Assembly (NCBI GenBank): GCA_003344405.1
Contig: NOWV01000023.1
Coordinates: forward strand, 496,001-560,000
Origin: Trichoplax sp. H2
Taxonomy: Eukaryota
Length of the DNA stretch: 64,000 bases
Direction: 5' to 3'
Notes under the pieces: generated by a model
Told to the model about the DNA's origin: nothing
Database searches by the model: none
What the model saw: only the letters and a program-made list of their open reading frames with translations
Part shown: positions 28,301 through 42,900 of the stretch, piece after piece
Layout of the letters: each line of letters begins with the position of its first letter
How positions within the stretch are numbered: position 1 is the first letter of the stretch
Made by a program: the position numbers and the translations under genes

Positions 28301-31300
28301 CAACATTAATATCAAAATTTTTTTTGATTAGAATTATTTAATATTGTCTAGTTCGACTTTCTTACTATAATGAAAATGCCGAGCAATTATATAATAAAGT
28401 ATCTCGAAGAATAATATGCTGAGACTTTCATTTCTTATTACATTTCATTTTACCGCATAAATCAGCTCTTCTCCCAGCCAGTATCTATCAGTAATAAGTG
28501 TAATAACTAACTAAGCAATAAAAAAAATTAGATTTCTTGTTTCATTTCACTTTTATTTTATTAAATTAAATCCTCTACCAATGAATGTCTATATGTATGC
28601 AGCGACCATAGGACCTACGGTTTATAGGCAGCAGGTCTAATAGTTGTACTACTGTGACAGTGTTATGTACTGTATTAGAGTAGAAATATCTATGTTAGGA
28701 TAATTCTGTTAGCCTATCCTTATTTAGTTAATTTCTAATTTGGATATACTGTGTTTTAATATAGCACTGATTTTTTATGACAGTGACACTTATACACATA
28801 CTGAAATTAATAGTTATAATTGGAAATGCAAATCATCTACTTACAGTTCCAATCATTGCGATTGTAATTTACTTATGGTAGATCGTAAATTACCATGGAA
28901 ATGTTCCGTGATAGGACATATCGTAATCTGACTATTCTGTATTAGTCATTACATGTCTATGTTCGTAAATACTGTTATCTGCATTAAGGGAGCAGTAGCT
29001 AAAATTAATATCTAATTCTGTAAATGATTCCAATGTTAATTGTATTAACTATGACTCATGAACTATTGAGGAATAGTATATAAATGCAGCATATCGTGAA
29101 ATAAAGTGAATTCTCAAACTTAGTGTTTAACGTAAAATACGAGGCGTTTAAGTCTTTGCGTAGTCTGCTAGTAGAGCAAAAGTGTTTCTGATAGAGCAGA
29201 TATCGTTCCTTGATACGTGGTTCAAAGAATTGACTTATTGATCGTATATTACGTTATCTTGTTGCAAAGCTGTTTTGTGACAACTACAAAGTAGATTACC
29301 GATTTTATTTACAGTAACAGAAATACCGACGTTGTTCTTACAGTACTAAATTAAATAGCCCAATCTAATAAAACTATGAAACTTGGGAAAAGTATCATGA
29401 CTAAAATATTGCATGTTGTGAAATCTACAACATGATCTGTTTGATTTAGTGCGATATTTAGCACTCAACCTTTATTCATGGACTAAAATTTTAACAGCAG
29501 AGATTCAATGATATCTCCTATTAATATTAAAATATTTTACCGAATTGCTTATTTAAATGATTAAACTAAGTACTAAAAATATATCTTATGCTACTGTTTC
29601 TTACACTTTATTTGAATATTTTTAAAGCTATTGGCTAGAGGGTATTTCAGAGCACTAATCTCAGTTTTATTCTTTGGTTATTATCAGCAATGAGAGTTAC
29701 TATCAGCCATCTTATTTGTATACGGTGGCTTATTTGCAAAGGTTTAGTGGCAGTAGCAGTAACGATTGTGTTACAGATAAAATTTCTTCCTATTTACTCC
29801 ATAAAGTAGGCGAAATATTTGCCGCGAAGGAAGAGTAGGTCTTGCAACATCAGATATGGTAGACATGCTAACTATTGTAATCAGATGATGGTATTTATTG
29901 CTAATGCATTGGCTTGCATAAGCAGTGGGAATCTGGATATAGATCAGATTCCTTATATACGGTAGTGTTACGGTGTTGCCTTGTCATTAGGATAGTTTAA
30001 TAAGTACAGTAGTAGCTAGTATGGAGAATATCCATATTTGTAGCGCTAGGTAAGATAAGTAATACCTTAACGTGGATGTTGTTTGTAATAGTTCATTACA
30101 TATTTGATATTGATTGTTATTGTGTGATAGATAGCAGTAGGATGATTCAAGTTCTAGTTGATGATAGTTGAATTAGACAACCTACGAGCTTAGATTAAGA
30201 TTAAGTATGAGTAAGAGATTCAAAATATTTACTGATAGAAAAGCTATGTAAGGAGCATCTTAGTTCGAGATGATTCTTCTAGTAAGGTATAATAATAATA
30301 CTGTTGTTGTTTACAAATTAGACGGTTCCTAAATAAAAGGGAACATTTGAGTTGAGAGGCTGGTAAAAAAGTTGTAGATGTATTCTTGCTAATAAAAGTT
30401 TCATCTTTACAGTCTTTTGCTGTGTGTGTTTAACGTTAAGTAAAAGGGCGTTTAAGCCAGTAGCTACTTATAGACTTTTACTGTACGTTACCTTGTCGCA
30501 GAAGTGAAATTGTGACAGGTAGTTGCTAAGATCCTAAGGCATGCACGCCCCAAACTAACGCTTTCTTTGAAATCCTGTAATTAAGATTACTACCTGCCCA
30601 AGTAATCGAATTATTAGCTATGAACTAGCTTCTTAGTACGATAGCTTATTAGTGTTCTTTACGGTATCTGCCATATTGAATCTTATAGACAGCTGAAGTA
30701 ATGTCATATGCAGTTTTTTAATATTCTTCACATAGACCGAGGGCAGCCAAGAGGAGTACGGTATGTAAGGCGTAGGGCTCTAATTGCATTATTATTCGTT
30801 TATTACTTCTTTCCTAGTTTTGTAAAGTCAAGATTCGAAAATTCTACAATTGTTTCAATACGTATATCTATAAGTTCTTCTTTGGCTTCTATTTTTAACA
30901 GTATCATTGCTGTGATTAAGATATAATTTTATTTCTTTTCTTAAATTCACTAAATAAAATCATTTTATGGCTTTGAAAATTTGTTTTTGAATATGGATTT
31001 CAATAGGTATATCTCTGCATCTTTTGTATAGAATAACTATCCGTAGTTCGTAAGTACGCCATATTGTCCACAAAAGTATTAGTCAGCAATTTCTACTAAC
31101 GGCTTCTATTCAGATAAATCAAGGCATACGACATGATTCGATTGCAACTAAGGGAAAATTTACTATTACTTGATATCTTGAGGCTACGACTATTTAGGAC
31201 TTAATTTATGATCCATAAAAGTAATGATGCCGCATTTAATCCGAAGATAAATCGAGCGCCGCTCTTTCATTGATCAGTTAGAAGGATATAATTATCTCAG

Positions 31301-32146
31301 TTATAGGAAAGCAAACGCTATCGACTTTAACAGCAATTTCCTAATTTTTTGTAAGCTGACCTATTTCCGGAATAACATACTCGTATAGCACAGATACGCG
31401 TCCCATTTATTCATTGCTATTGCTCCGCGTTGCATAAGTTATATCATATTTACGATTTACGTTATATATTGCGGTAGAAATTGAAAGTGTTTGTTCCTGT
31501 AAAATATAACATTTCCTGACACTATGGAAGAGATTTTAATTCATTTCAAATAAATTTCTGAAATAGGACGAATTTGATCAATCTCTCTCTGGTAATACAG
31601 TCTCACTCTTCATCGTATTTAGCTAGGCTACAAGGCGACGAAAGGGGTTTACATGTGATTCCGTTATGAACTTAATCAACTTCACATTTATCATTAAATA
31701 TTGATAACTGTTAAAAGAACAAGTTAATTTTAATTCTATTGAAATATATGGATCGCATTATTCCTGAAGGATGTATTATTTCACGTCAATGCCTATTTTT
31801 CTATTATAATCGAAAAAAAGATGATATAGCACTGTAAGGGTACTCAAGTATTTTCTTATTTACATAATTAACTTCTAACCTTGACCGTGATGACAATAAT
31901 AACTCACCTAATGCCACAGAAACTGGTAACTACGTACACGAATACAATTGTTTTGGGTCATATTTATAGAAGAATTTTGTCTGTATCTTGATATTTCTCC
32001 GAATGGACTCGCCTATCGTCTCTAAAGCGATGGCACAAGCTTAAGTCTACTGGAAATTTTGGACTAGACTGGCTCGCTTGCTCATTTTTATCATCAATAG
32101 TATCAATTTTGATATTAGTGGGAATGATTTATCTTATTTTTGTTAT

Positions 32147-32243
32147 TTCATCGGTCAAAATAGCAAGATTAATCAAAAATATTCGCTAGTCTTAGTCTTC
32201 ATCGGTCAAAATAGCAAGATTAATCAAAAATATTGGCTAGTCT
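32147..32243. repeat. near-perfect tandem duplication, period 51 bp, upstream of the globin
   Basis: ttcatcggtcaaaatagcaagattaatcaaaaatatt(c/g)gctagtct at 32147 and 32198, one mismatch. Confidence 0.9.
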
Positions 32244-32474
32244 AGAAGTAAGTAAAATGGGGAAAATACCTGATATTGACTGTACATTTACATTTCAAAA
32301 TAGGTTTTTGATGCGAATTTTTAACCTTTGGCTTTTAAGTACATAGACAACGTCATGTGCACTTTCTAGGACTTCTACCTATATCTACTACTTGACTAAT
32401 AGTCATTAAAAAATAAATTCATGGACTTATTTTCAGGATACTTTCGATCTTGCTTTTCCTTACTATCTTTCAAA

Positions 32475-35400
32475 ATGGGTATCCGTTTATCTTGTCGCCA
32501 ATATAATTGGAATAAAGTTAGTCAAGGCAGAATTTTACCTTCAATAACGAGTAAAGCTTTTATAATCGACCGTCATGATCGTTCCGTTGTGGTTAAGACT
32601 TGGCAGCAAATGTGTCGAAAACAAAGTGAATGCGGCGAAGCCATGTTTGTAAGGCTAGTATGATCCAATCTTACAGATCTTTGTATTTTTGTAAGTTACA
32701 ACATAATTTATTCAAGTCGTTTCAAATCTGCTTATGTCAAAATCTTGAAATATAGCATAACTAGGTCTAGATTTTATTTCATCCTACGTCAATTTTGGCG
32801 TAGTGTAACTCATAATCAAGGCGAGCTTCCAAGTAATAAGACATGAAGTCTAATAACTCTACTATAAGATCTTGCTATAAATTAAAAGCATGGAATTGAC
32901 TTTAATCACAATTGGCATTAGAAAAGCATGTTGAGACTTAAGTGACTCGGGATCTATTAATATTTAATTTACTCGTGCATTGTGTTGTCTGTTACATTGC
33001 TTTTACGAGCAAATTTTATAATTGCCACGATCGCAGCGTATCAGATTGTATTCCTTCAAGGTTTTCTAACTTTAATGATAGCAATAAGCAGGTTAAAAAT
33101 TACAATACAATCAATTTTTAATTTTGAAGACATTTAATAAATTGGTATAAAAGAGTTACTTGAATGTTGCAAAATGTAATTATAATATCCCTTGGGGTTA
33201 CTAGTTTTATTTTTCCGAGTTTCCTGTTTAGTTTTGTTACATTATTGTCACTTGTTTTAAATTTACTTTAACTTGAATGATGAAGCTTCAAAAGGTTCTG
33301 TGTTAGAGAAGATAGTTTACGATTAGAGGCTAAATTCATATAATCTTATTAGTGACATTGCTATTGATGGACCAAAAATTAAATCAGGTTGATCATTCTT
33401 AGCAAGATGATTCTTTTTAACTTACTTACACTCTCGTGATCAACAGATTTTATATTTAGCATTTAAGTTAGCTTTTACGATTTTTCTAGTATCAATAACC
33501 TTACTCATATTATTACTATCGAGTTCATTCCGTTATACGGCAGTGGGATTGGCACATTTTTATTTTGGGATCAAACGATAACATCATGTAATTCAAACTG
33601 TCAGAGATGATGTAATTATCTATAATCTTTATAAATTTAAGGAATAGACCATATGATATAGTATGTGATAAAATTTGAAGTATTTTGTGTTAGTTCTTGT
33701 ATATTTTTCTTCTTTAGTTACTGTTGACCAACGGTTTCTTCCAAGACGATAATACCTTGCTCGTCTATTCTTGCAATTTAAATTTCTTTCGGTACATTAT
33801 CCTTAGTTATAATATAATTGCCTTCACTCATATTTACTGCATTTATTCAGTTAGTCTTGTTGTTATAACTAACATCGAGAAAAAGTGAACAAATATTCAT
33901 TGAGTACAAAATAATTTTTAGAATAGTCGATAATGTTGCTTCTTGCCGTTTAGGATTTGAAAAACTCGAAAATAGTTTAGTTATTACTTGAAATATTATT
34001 TCGTTTTTAAAGCTGCTACGATTCACGGTTATTGTTTAAGGCTGGTGTGGTTGTCGTTATTGTTCAAGGAGTAAGCTAGTACCGTTAACTATGCATGTTA
34101 ATTAATTCATTAATATTTCCTTTAGTAATTGCTTCTACTATTTTCATCTCGCTGTTTAAGAATATTCTACTTAAGAAATAGAATCCTTCTAGGTTGGAGA
34201 AATTTTTCTAACCTTAAATTCGAATAATAGTGGGTAGTTAAAGTAGTCCTTTTAATTTAGTATTAGAGCCTTTTCCTTCGCGTATTGCGTGCTTAACCTA
34301 GCTTCTAGAGTCTGCAACTAACAAATAAAACTACTGCTGCTTTCTGATTGACTGATTAAGAGCATATCTTTTTCTAAGCATATGTATCAACTTATAACTA
34401 GGAGTAGGTAAGAGTTCGTAAGCGGGTTTGTTTCTTATTGAAACAAAGGAATTTAATATTTTTTTCTATATCGTTTTCTTTCTCAATCATGTCATTTGAG
34501 TAGTTTCCTGATTCTTTCAATTCGGTAATCGCTTCAGTTCTAGTTGAAACTGATAGATTTGTTATTTTGGCACCTACGCAAGAATGCTAATAGCTAGTTA
34601 TTCGTTTAATCATAATCGGTGCTTAAAAATAAGGAGTTTATTACATTAATTAAGCGATTTACAATCCGCATTTAAAAGTTTTTGGTCCATTTTTTTATAT
34701 TGTATCGTAATTTGCTTACCATGGTAATGAAAGTAAGTTACTACCATGAGAGATTGCATTTCGTTAAAATGGAATTCTTTGTATGACTATGACTAATTTC
34801 TGACGTGCGTTCAATGTTCACATACCTGTATTATTGCCGATAGTGTATAGAATAACTAGAACGTTCAGTAAAATGATTTCATATAGCCTCATTTAGTCTC
34901 TCGATAACAAATTAACTACGTTCAAAAATTTGTTTCGAGACAGTAGGCTGTAGTGCTTTTATTGAAACCCTTATTCATAAAAATCGTGTTACTTGTAATT
35001 GAATCATTATCTGCAGCAGGATATTAGTTTTAACAATATCAGCTCTAGTTTATTTAAGAATTGAAAGAATAAATTTGTTTATTAAATTATGCTCTTTTAC
35101 CTTCGTTCTTTGATGAATACCATTACTTCAGGCTATATTGGTAATTTTCATTTATTTAATCTTTGAACATTTATTTATAACCGTGTATAATGACATCACC
35201 TAGCAATGTTGATTATTGAATTGCTTAAATAGTAAAGTGATCAAAATTGGTTCGCTATATTCTCTAGACTGCCAGCTATGTAATAGCAAAACAGTAAATA
35301 ATAACAGTACTGATGATAAATTGTTAATGCCATTGCGCTTCTATTAGCCTTCAAAGTATATTAATAACCAATATCTATATTGAACGGAATTTTTAACTAC

Positions 35401-38400
35401 AACAATACTGACTTACATTCATAGCATGAAAAAGCACGGCAGGAATATCTATGAATATATTAGTTATCACGGAATATCCTGACCGATATGAATCATTTTT
35501 AGAATAGTTACGTGATATCATCAATTTAAATTATAATCATGTTAAAAATAGCCTTCATAGTACATGATGTTAATATCGTAGAATTTGACACTCTTTTAAT
35601 CTTTTAAAGTTGCAGTTAGCAACTATAAACCACCACGGTTTTAAAAAATGTTATACCATATATTAATGTACATTCATTCCTTAATTGAATAGACTTAAGT
35701 AACATGATTCATTCTAGTTTAATTATATTTAATTATAATTATCACAATTGAATTCATCATATACCACCTGCTATACGCTTATAATTGTTTTTTGTCTTTG
35801 ATTTTTCAACAGAGAGGAATTACTGATTAATTTAAAACATATAATAACGCAAAAAACCTCAATCATATCGTGTCTAAGGTTTTACTACTTACGATGAATC
35901 CATCATTCTCTTTAGATGTTATCACGCAATTTCAGTTTAAATTGACAATCTAGTAGCAATAATCAGGTGATAGATTCTTTTAACCACAACTGCAGTACAT
36001 TATAAGTCTTGCTATAGGATCTTATTTAACATGAAATCGGATGCGTGACGATACTTTAATGTACGGTATCATTAATATTGATTTATTCTTACAGTTATTC
36101 TTGAAATAATTGTATTTCCTTCATGTTGATCAAAGATAACAAGTAAATTACTACAACATCTATTTTTCGGAATATTAAATAAGTTTAAAATAATGATATA
36201 GCCTACAGTAGCAAAGTATGCGGGTATATAATTATTTCTTATATTAAAATAATGTATTTACTTTAAATTCAAATAGGATTGTGGCGTTAAATTTTAACCT
36301 ATAATATCGATTTAGTCTAGTAAGATTTAATTGATACGATTTTAAAAAATTTTAACAAATGTAATACTTATACCATAATAACTTATTCGTATTTCTTTAA
36401 TTGTCAATATCTTCGTCGCAAACATTTTATTCGCTACCACAATACGATTGAAATTAGTCAACCAAGGGTAACAGTCATGGAATATTATATATTATTATTA
36501 CTGCTATATGGAAATTTTATGGAATTGAAATGGTTTCAGAAAGATTTATAAACTACCAATTGAAATAATTCATTCGATATTTGATTTAGCTAACGTTTAT
36601 CAAGATACTATATGTTCATATTACACAGATATGTTTAACAATAGATATTAACCAATTTTTCAGGAGGCAATAGCGCATAATGAATAGATTTTTAAATACT
36701 GCATAAGGGTTCGCAATCCGCCAATTCTAAATTTAAGCAATTAAAATAGAGTAAAATCTCTTATATGTTGCAAAACAGTACGTAATTCATATTACTATGA
36801 TACTTTCATTACGAAAAGTCACAGGAATTAGTTAAAATCACCACATAATGCTATTCATATAAGCAATGCCACTAACAAGTACTGGTGGGGCTAGTTAGTT
36901 GTAGCCGATATTTTTGTTAATAAGATTAAGATGCATCACTCAATTAAATTTATTTAAAGTTTATATCAGCGGATGCAGCACAAATAGAACCAATGGATTT
37001 TTTAAAGAACATTTTACATACATAATTCCTGGAGATAAGTGGCAGTAGATGTATATATATAAATATCTAAAAATAAACTGAAAATTTAACTATGCAAAAG
37101 AAAGAATTACATCTTCCTAATTTCATTGCTATTTATCCTTCAGTAATTGAAACTTAGTTTTATTATTTAATTAAGCTGTGAATTTATACTATAAATATTA
37201 GAAGCAAGAATAAGAGTCTAAATAATTGCATTGATATATAAAGCTAACCCTACGGTGATAGCGGTAATAAAAATGCGAATGACGGATCATTATTGTCATT
37301 ATCATTGTAAATATCATCAGAGTTCTATTAATTTATCATTACTATGGCCACATTAATAACAATACTAATGTATGGTTTATATAAGACGCCTGATACTATA
37401 CCATGTAAAAATCCCAAAACGTTAATTTTACCGGGCATGCAACAACAACTTTAAATTTGACTATGTTTTTAGAATCCCATTTCATACCATAATAAACCAT
37501 TGGGGAAGTCGATTTCGGATTTTCGATTCCTATAGGATAACAGCTTTACCTAGAGCTGATAAATAGGTTGCATTATTACTATATGCTTAAATTACAAGAT
37601 TTCATACAAATACTGTATGGTATAGTGGTTACTTAATTAAGTGGAAATTTTAGTATTGTATCAGTCCTCCGTATATTGACTAATAAGGTATCATTGTATC
37701 GGTGTTATAAAGAAAGCTAATTAAGTAAAGATTTGCATTCCTGTGTTTTGTTAGATTATTTCACGCTTATTAGAGTATACTATCTAGAATCCCAAAAGAC
37801 AATGTTACGTAACGTATTAGTGTTCAATTATAATAGGTCTTAATTTTAGTTCTATACGAATAACAAGCAATATAAAAATAAATTCTTTTCTTTTCTTTCA
37901 TATCCGGAACGCAACATATTCATTGCATTGGGCTAATAGCTTATTCAAATTGTATCCGGCAACACGACAATTCTTTACTATTTTCGATGCTGATGAATCC
38001 ATTGAAGATCTCAAGTGTACTCCTCATTTTAAAACTCATGTAAATAGATTTATGGCTTATATTCAGCTATTTGTCGAATGTCATTTTGATGTTCGAGAAT
38101 GTCAAAAACTGATGAGTGTCTTAGCTGTCAGTCATAAACATCTAAATCTGATTCCAGATCATTTTGAAGTAAGTGCTGATGATAATTTTAAAGTATTATG
38201 CAGATTAGTAATTCATTACATATTTTAGACATATTAAGCATGCTAGTATAGTTGCATTTAAATGATATATAAAGATTCTAAGCGATATTTATGTTATTAT
38301 AAAACCAAAAATATTAAGATATACGCGTATATCTCTAAAATACCTGTTTCTTACAACCTTTACGTCTATACAGCAGTTAGCTAAAATATAATAAAATTAA

Positions 38401-39981
38401 GCGATCAAATGGATGTTTGATCACTATACTACTTTAACCACTGAGGTAAAATTTACCTCTACGACCTTAACTTAGGAATTAGTCTACGCCAGTACTTACT
38501 TTTTAATACATAGTTCTTGCTAAGCGTAGTTTAGTAATTTAAATTTAGCATATTAGAAGTTGATACCTTCTCTATAAAGATTAAATGCTAGTAAAATCTA
38601 TTACCTGATCGATGTTTTCTGTTTGATTTAATGCAGCAATTTGACTAACTGTGGATATTACATCTCACAATTTTCATGTTTGAAACGAATGCTCTTCTAA
38701 TGATTATTTTACGCACTTTAAAATGTATAGAGAGCGATGTTATCCGTGCTTTTCTTGCTATGATAAAATGTATAGCACCTACCTATGTATTCGAATTCAA
38801 GTGCGAGAAAACTAGTTTCGCTCTGATGCATAACATATATATATAGTTAGTTTTATAGGAAACATTACGCGACATTGCCGAAATTCAATATACCATATTT
38901 GATTGGATGTTTGAAATAGTGAAATAGGATACTATATCTTTAATTATCGTAACTATTACTAGAACATCGATAATACTCTTGCAGGACAATTATTTCTAAT
39001 CTTGGAGTTTACATAAAACTTGATAGGGCTGTTTCATAAAGTTCTCTCCTACATCCTTTACATATCTCATGATATTGTACAATACTTATCTCAGCTACTA
39101 TAGGAAGGACGCCAGATGAACCGTAGCACTCTGAAATGAGTAGCGTTGTGCTCTGTTTGATACTTTACGTAGTTGTACTAGGAATGTTTCGTAAAATATA
39201 TTTTCTAAACCGTAGACTGATGCAACTGTGCAATTCTAAATGAATGAAAAAAAAAATAAGATCGTGTATGATTACAATTGATGAGTTAAATGACAAACTC
39301 TTGATTTACAAATTATGTATCCAAGCCTAGCAATAGCAATAACTGGTACTAATGATACTGCGTATTGTAGAATACAATGTCAATAACTAGAACAATTCTC
39401 TTTCTACCAGAAAAGCAATTTTATAAGCACATGCACTAGTAAACATAGGCTTATCATTTTAAAAATAGGCAAAGTTTACAGGCTAGAGTTGTTAAAAATT
39501 AGATCCTAAAGATAATTTCGATTTCTGCTTCGTCGAGTTAAAATGTATCTTGTTAATTCGCTCAAAATGGGAAACAGTTAAATATCAAGGTAGCAAACTA
39601 ATCTTATAACCATAGCACTCATATACGTGAGAATTGTGATTACATTACTACAGTTCGCATTAACCTTATCTTTAGTAAGAACTCAACCTGAAATAATCAT
39701 AAATTTTCGGACATTTATGCTTTTATTTTCCTATTCTAATCTTTTGATGTGTAAGAAAATGCAGTAAAAAATAGTAAAGTAACGCTGCCTTTTCTTCGCT
39801 ATGAAAGGTTTTTCCTCCGGTTGTTGAACGTACACTAAAGGAAGTTTTAAAAAACGAATGCGATAATTCTATAATACAAGCGTGGACGAACTTCTTTAAA
39901 GGAATATCAAAAGTGATGATGGAAGAATTGAGTAATGTTAAATCTCCTCAGTTTTGTGATATAGTCGATTTAGAAAACTGA
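32475..39981 (+). CDS. single-domain globin (~193 aa from ATG 32475; in-frame upstream ATG at 32421); exons 32475-32653, 37940-38168, 39808-39981
   Basis: The joined protein shows the globin fold landmarks: A helix DRSVVVKTW, B helix GEAMFV(S)LF, YP (C1/C2), Phe CD1 (TRQFF), distal His E7 (FKTHVNRFM), proximal His F8 (LAVSHKH), G/H helices HFE|VFPPVVERTLKEVL...IIQAWTNFFKGISKVM. Introns fall at B12.2 and G7.0. Stop TGA 39979-39981. Confidence 0.88.
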
Positions 39982-42900
39982 TGAACCCGAATTTATCCGA
40001 TATGATACTGTGGATAATTAAATTCCAAATACGTTTCTAGTTATTACGTCGAAAGATAATTATAGTAGGCAGTATACGATAATAAAATGCTAGGCTACTA
40101 CATATTGATAAATTTATAACGTGAAATTGAACCTAAATGTTCTTATTCTAGTAATCCGTTTCTATAATGGAAAAGGAATATGGAAATGCTTATTTAATGC
40201 TTACACCAAGATAGATCTGGGAGTATGACGTATAATTCTTCATAATTTTAAAATTTTAACCCGAAAAAGCGACTGGATTACGAATAAGTACTGTACAGAA
40301 TTGATAATATTAAGCATGATATTGCTACTTAAAATTAAAGCCAAAGATGTCATTGCGCATTCATGTAATCCGGTATTTGATTGGAGCAAGAACATGGCAG
40401 ACTATAATCACTGAGGGTCGATGAATAATATTTAAATACTCAGCGAGGCAAAATCTGTACACAGGCTTAAGTTATATGTATGATAAGTTACTTGTAAAAC
40501 AATTAACCGAATGTCGACATGTGACTTAACCTGAAAAAAACACAAAACACTTCCTAACGTTGTATTTATTGCTGGCTCACTTTGACTACTAATCTAGTAT
40601 CCCAAAGTAGATACAAAATAAAATTCTAAAATGATCATGGACATAATACATATTCAAATAAATTTTTACTACTGCTAGTCGCCTTTGCATTATTTTCTCA
40701 TCGTAGCATTATACTCATATTCAGCCAATCATGATTTAATACTTTAGAATATAAGGCTGACGATAAACTAACTAGTCTAATAATAATATTTTACGCCAAC
40801 AAAACTGTTTTCTATTAGTCCTCCATACGTAAGTGATGATTCTCGAGTTTATTAAACAGTTTTCTATAATTAACGTATTAGGGCAAAGTTTATAATGTAC
40901 GAAATTAGTTTTGTACTTACATAAAAATATGATGAAATACCATATTCTGATATTATAGCTTAATTGATATTGGTGCATCAAATGACGTAACTAATAGTAT
41001 CTTCAACTGTTCTCAAACTTACTCTACTTGATTGAGACCGCAATTTATTAAATTGGGCAATTTCTTGCGGAGTCGTAATGCGATGTACGTGAGTTGCTTA
41101 GTACAGTATTAGTTGAGCTGGTAGTATTGAAAAGGGCTATATTTCTCGGTCTCTTATGCCATTTCCTTTATATTTTCTACGGAGGGTCTTACTTACAGAG
41201 GGCTATAACTTATTAATATAAGTTTATAGTAATTTTCAATCTAGCATCTGAAACTTTATAAGCTTGCTACCTTTTTGAGATTTTGCTTATTTGGTAATCT
41301 GGATTAGTTTTGAGCCATTATTTTATTTCCATATTTTTAAGGAGATAGCCCCGAAAAAGGTCCTAAATTACCTGGAATATCGACACGATATTAATCTTTA
41401 GCATCTGGGAATACTTTTGTTCAAAGAATGAATTTAAAGATAAATATACTTGAAAAGACTGCTTGCTGATGGCCGTTGTTTATAAAATAATCCTGCGGGA
41501 ACTTATGTAAAACACGATAGTCTTGAGATTGTCATATATTCCCAATGCAAGTTCCTCCTCGTCCGCACTAGTATTTATACAGATTTAAATGTTTAATAAT
41601 AGAACGTTAGCTTTCTATTAATAATATCTAAATATTATATATTAACTAAGGGGAAGAGCGCATACTGTGAATATTTGAAGTTTTTTGGAATTTATCTTAT
41701 CAGAATTTATTGTAGTCTTAACCTTGAGCTGGCTGTTTCATGAAATTTTAATTTATGTTTAATACTTGGTTTAGAATAGATTAATTTAATCTAATTACTT
41801 TTCGAAACCGTTACAAGGCATCTTTTATTCTAATAACAGCCTAGAATGGCAATCTGTTTACCATATTCTAGAGTGTATTATGCTATCGGAGAGCAATTCA
41901 CATGATTAAAGTGACCTATGCTACAATAATCGACTATCTGATTTGTTGGTATAGCTAAGGGTGATTGAAATTAGATTCTGCTGTAATAGATATAATATTA
42001 GGGTAGAAACTGCAATTACCAATATAGTGTATAGCAGGAGAAAACTCATACTTAGGGGTACCTACTAATAATCTTAGTATTTACTTTGGCTCTGTAAAGA
42101 AGTTCTGCATAACCATAATGCTCCATTATAACATCTACATCGAAGTAAAATATTTTAGAGTATCTTCTATACGAAGTTCTATAATGTAAATGTTTTCACT
42201 CCGAAAATGTTTTAAATCTAGCAACGTGTCCCTTTATGTTGTAGTAAATAAGATTGTATCATGATCGAGAAGATTGAAATAACTAATATGTAACTTGAGT
42301 GCTAATTGAGTGCTTTAGTTCGACAACAAGAATAGTTCAGTTGAAATTTAACGAACACAATTCTCTATTTAAAAGCAGTAGTCTTTGGAAGGGTTATCAT
42401 TCATCATACTGGAAATTAGATATAATCAGATGTAGTAAAGGACTAAAAGTGGAGTCCTTTATAGCTTTAGTTCGAGACTATTATTGCTTTACTATAGGAA
42501 ATACCTTGAAAGTGGTAGTATTATTAAGTTTTACCCTGCCAAATCATGATGTGGCCATCTTTTCTTCTTCGCTATTTTACAAGATTTTATATGGAATACT
42601 ATAGGAATGACCTAAGAGCAATCTCCTAATCTAAAGAGAGGGGGTTTGATAGTCTATTGGGATTTTAAATGAATTTGTCTCAGTAATAAAGCCCTATATA
42701 TAGAGAAAGGGGATTTATTACATGACATTAAAGTACTGTAATGTATAGTACTGTATAGTGATAGAGTCACCTTAAAACTTCGTTCTAAAATACCAACAGC
42801 CAATACTAATGTTAGAAAAGTAATCATAGTTGTCATATAAAACTTTTTATAAAACTTAAAATATTTTAAATATTTGGCAAATTCAAGAGCTTTTCTAAAC

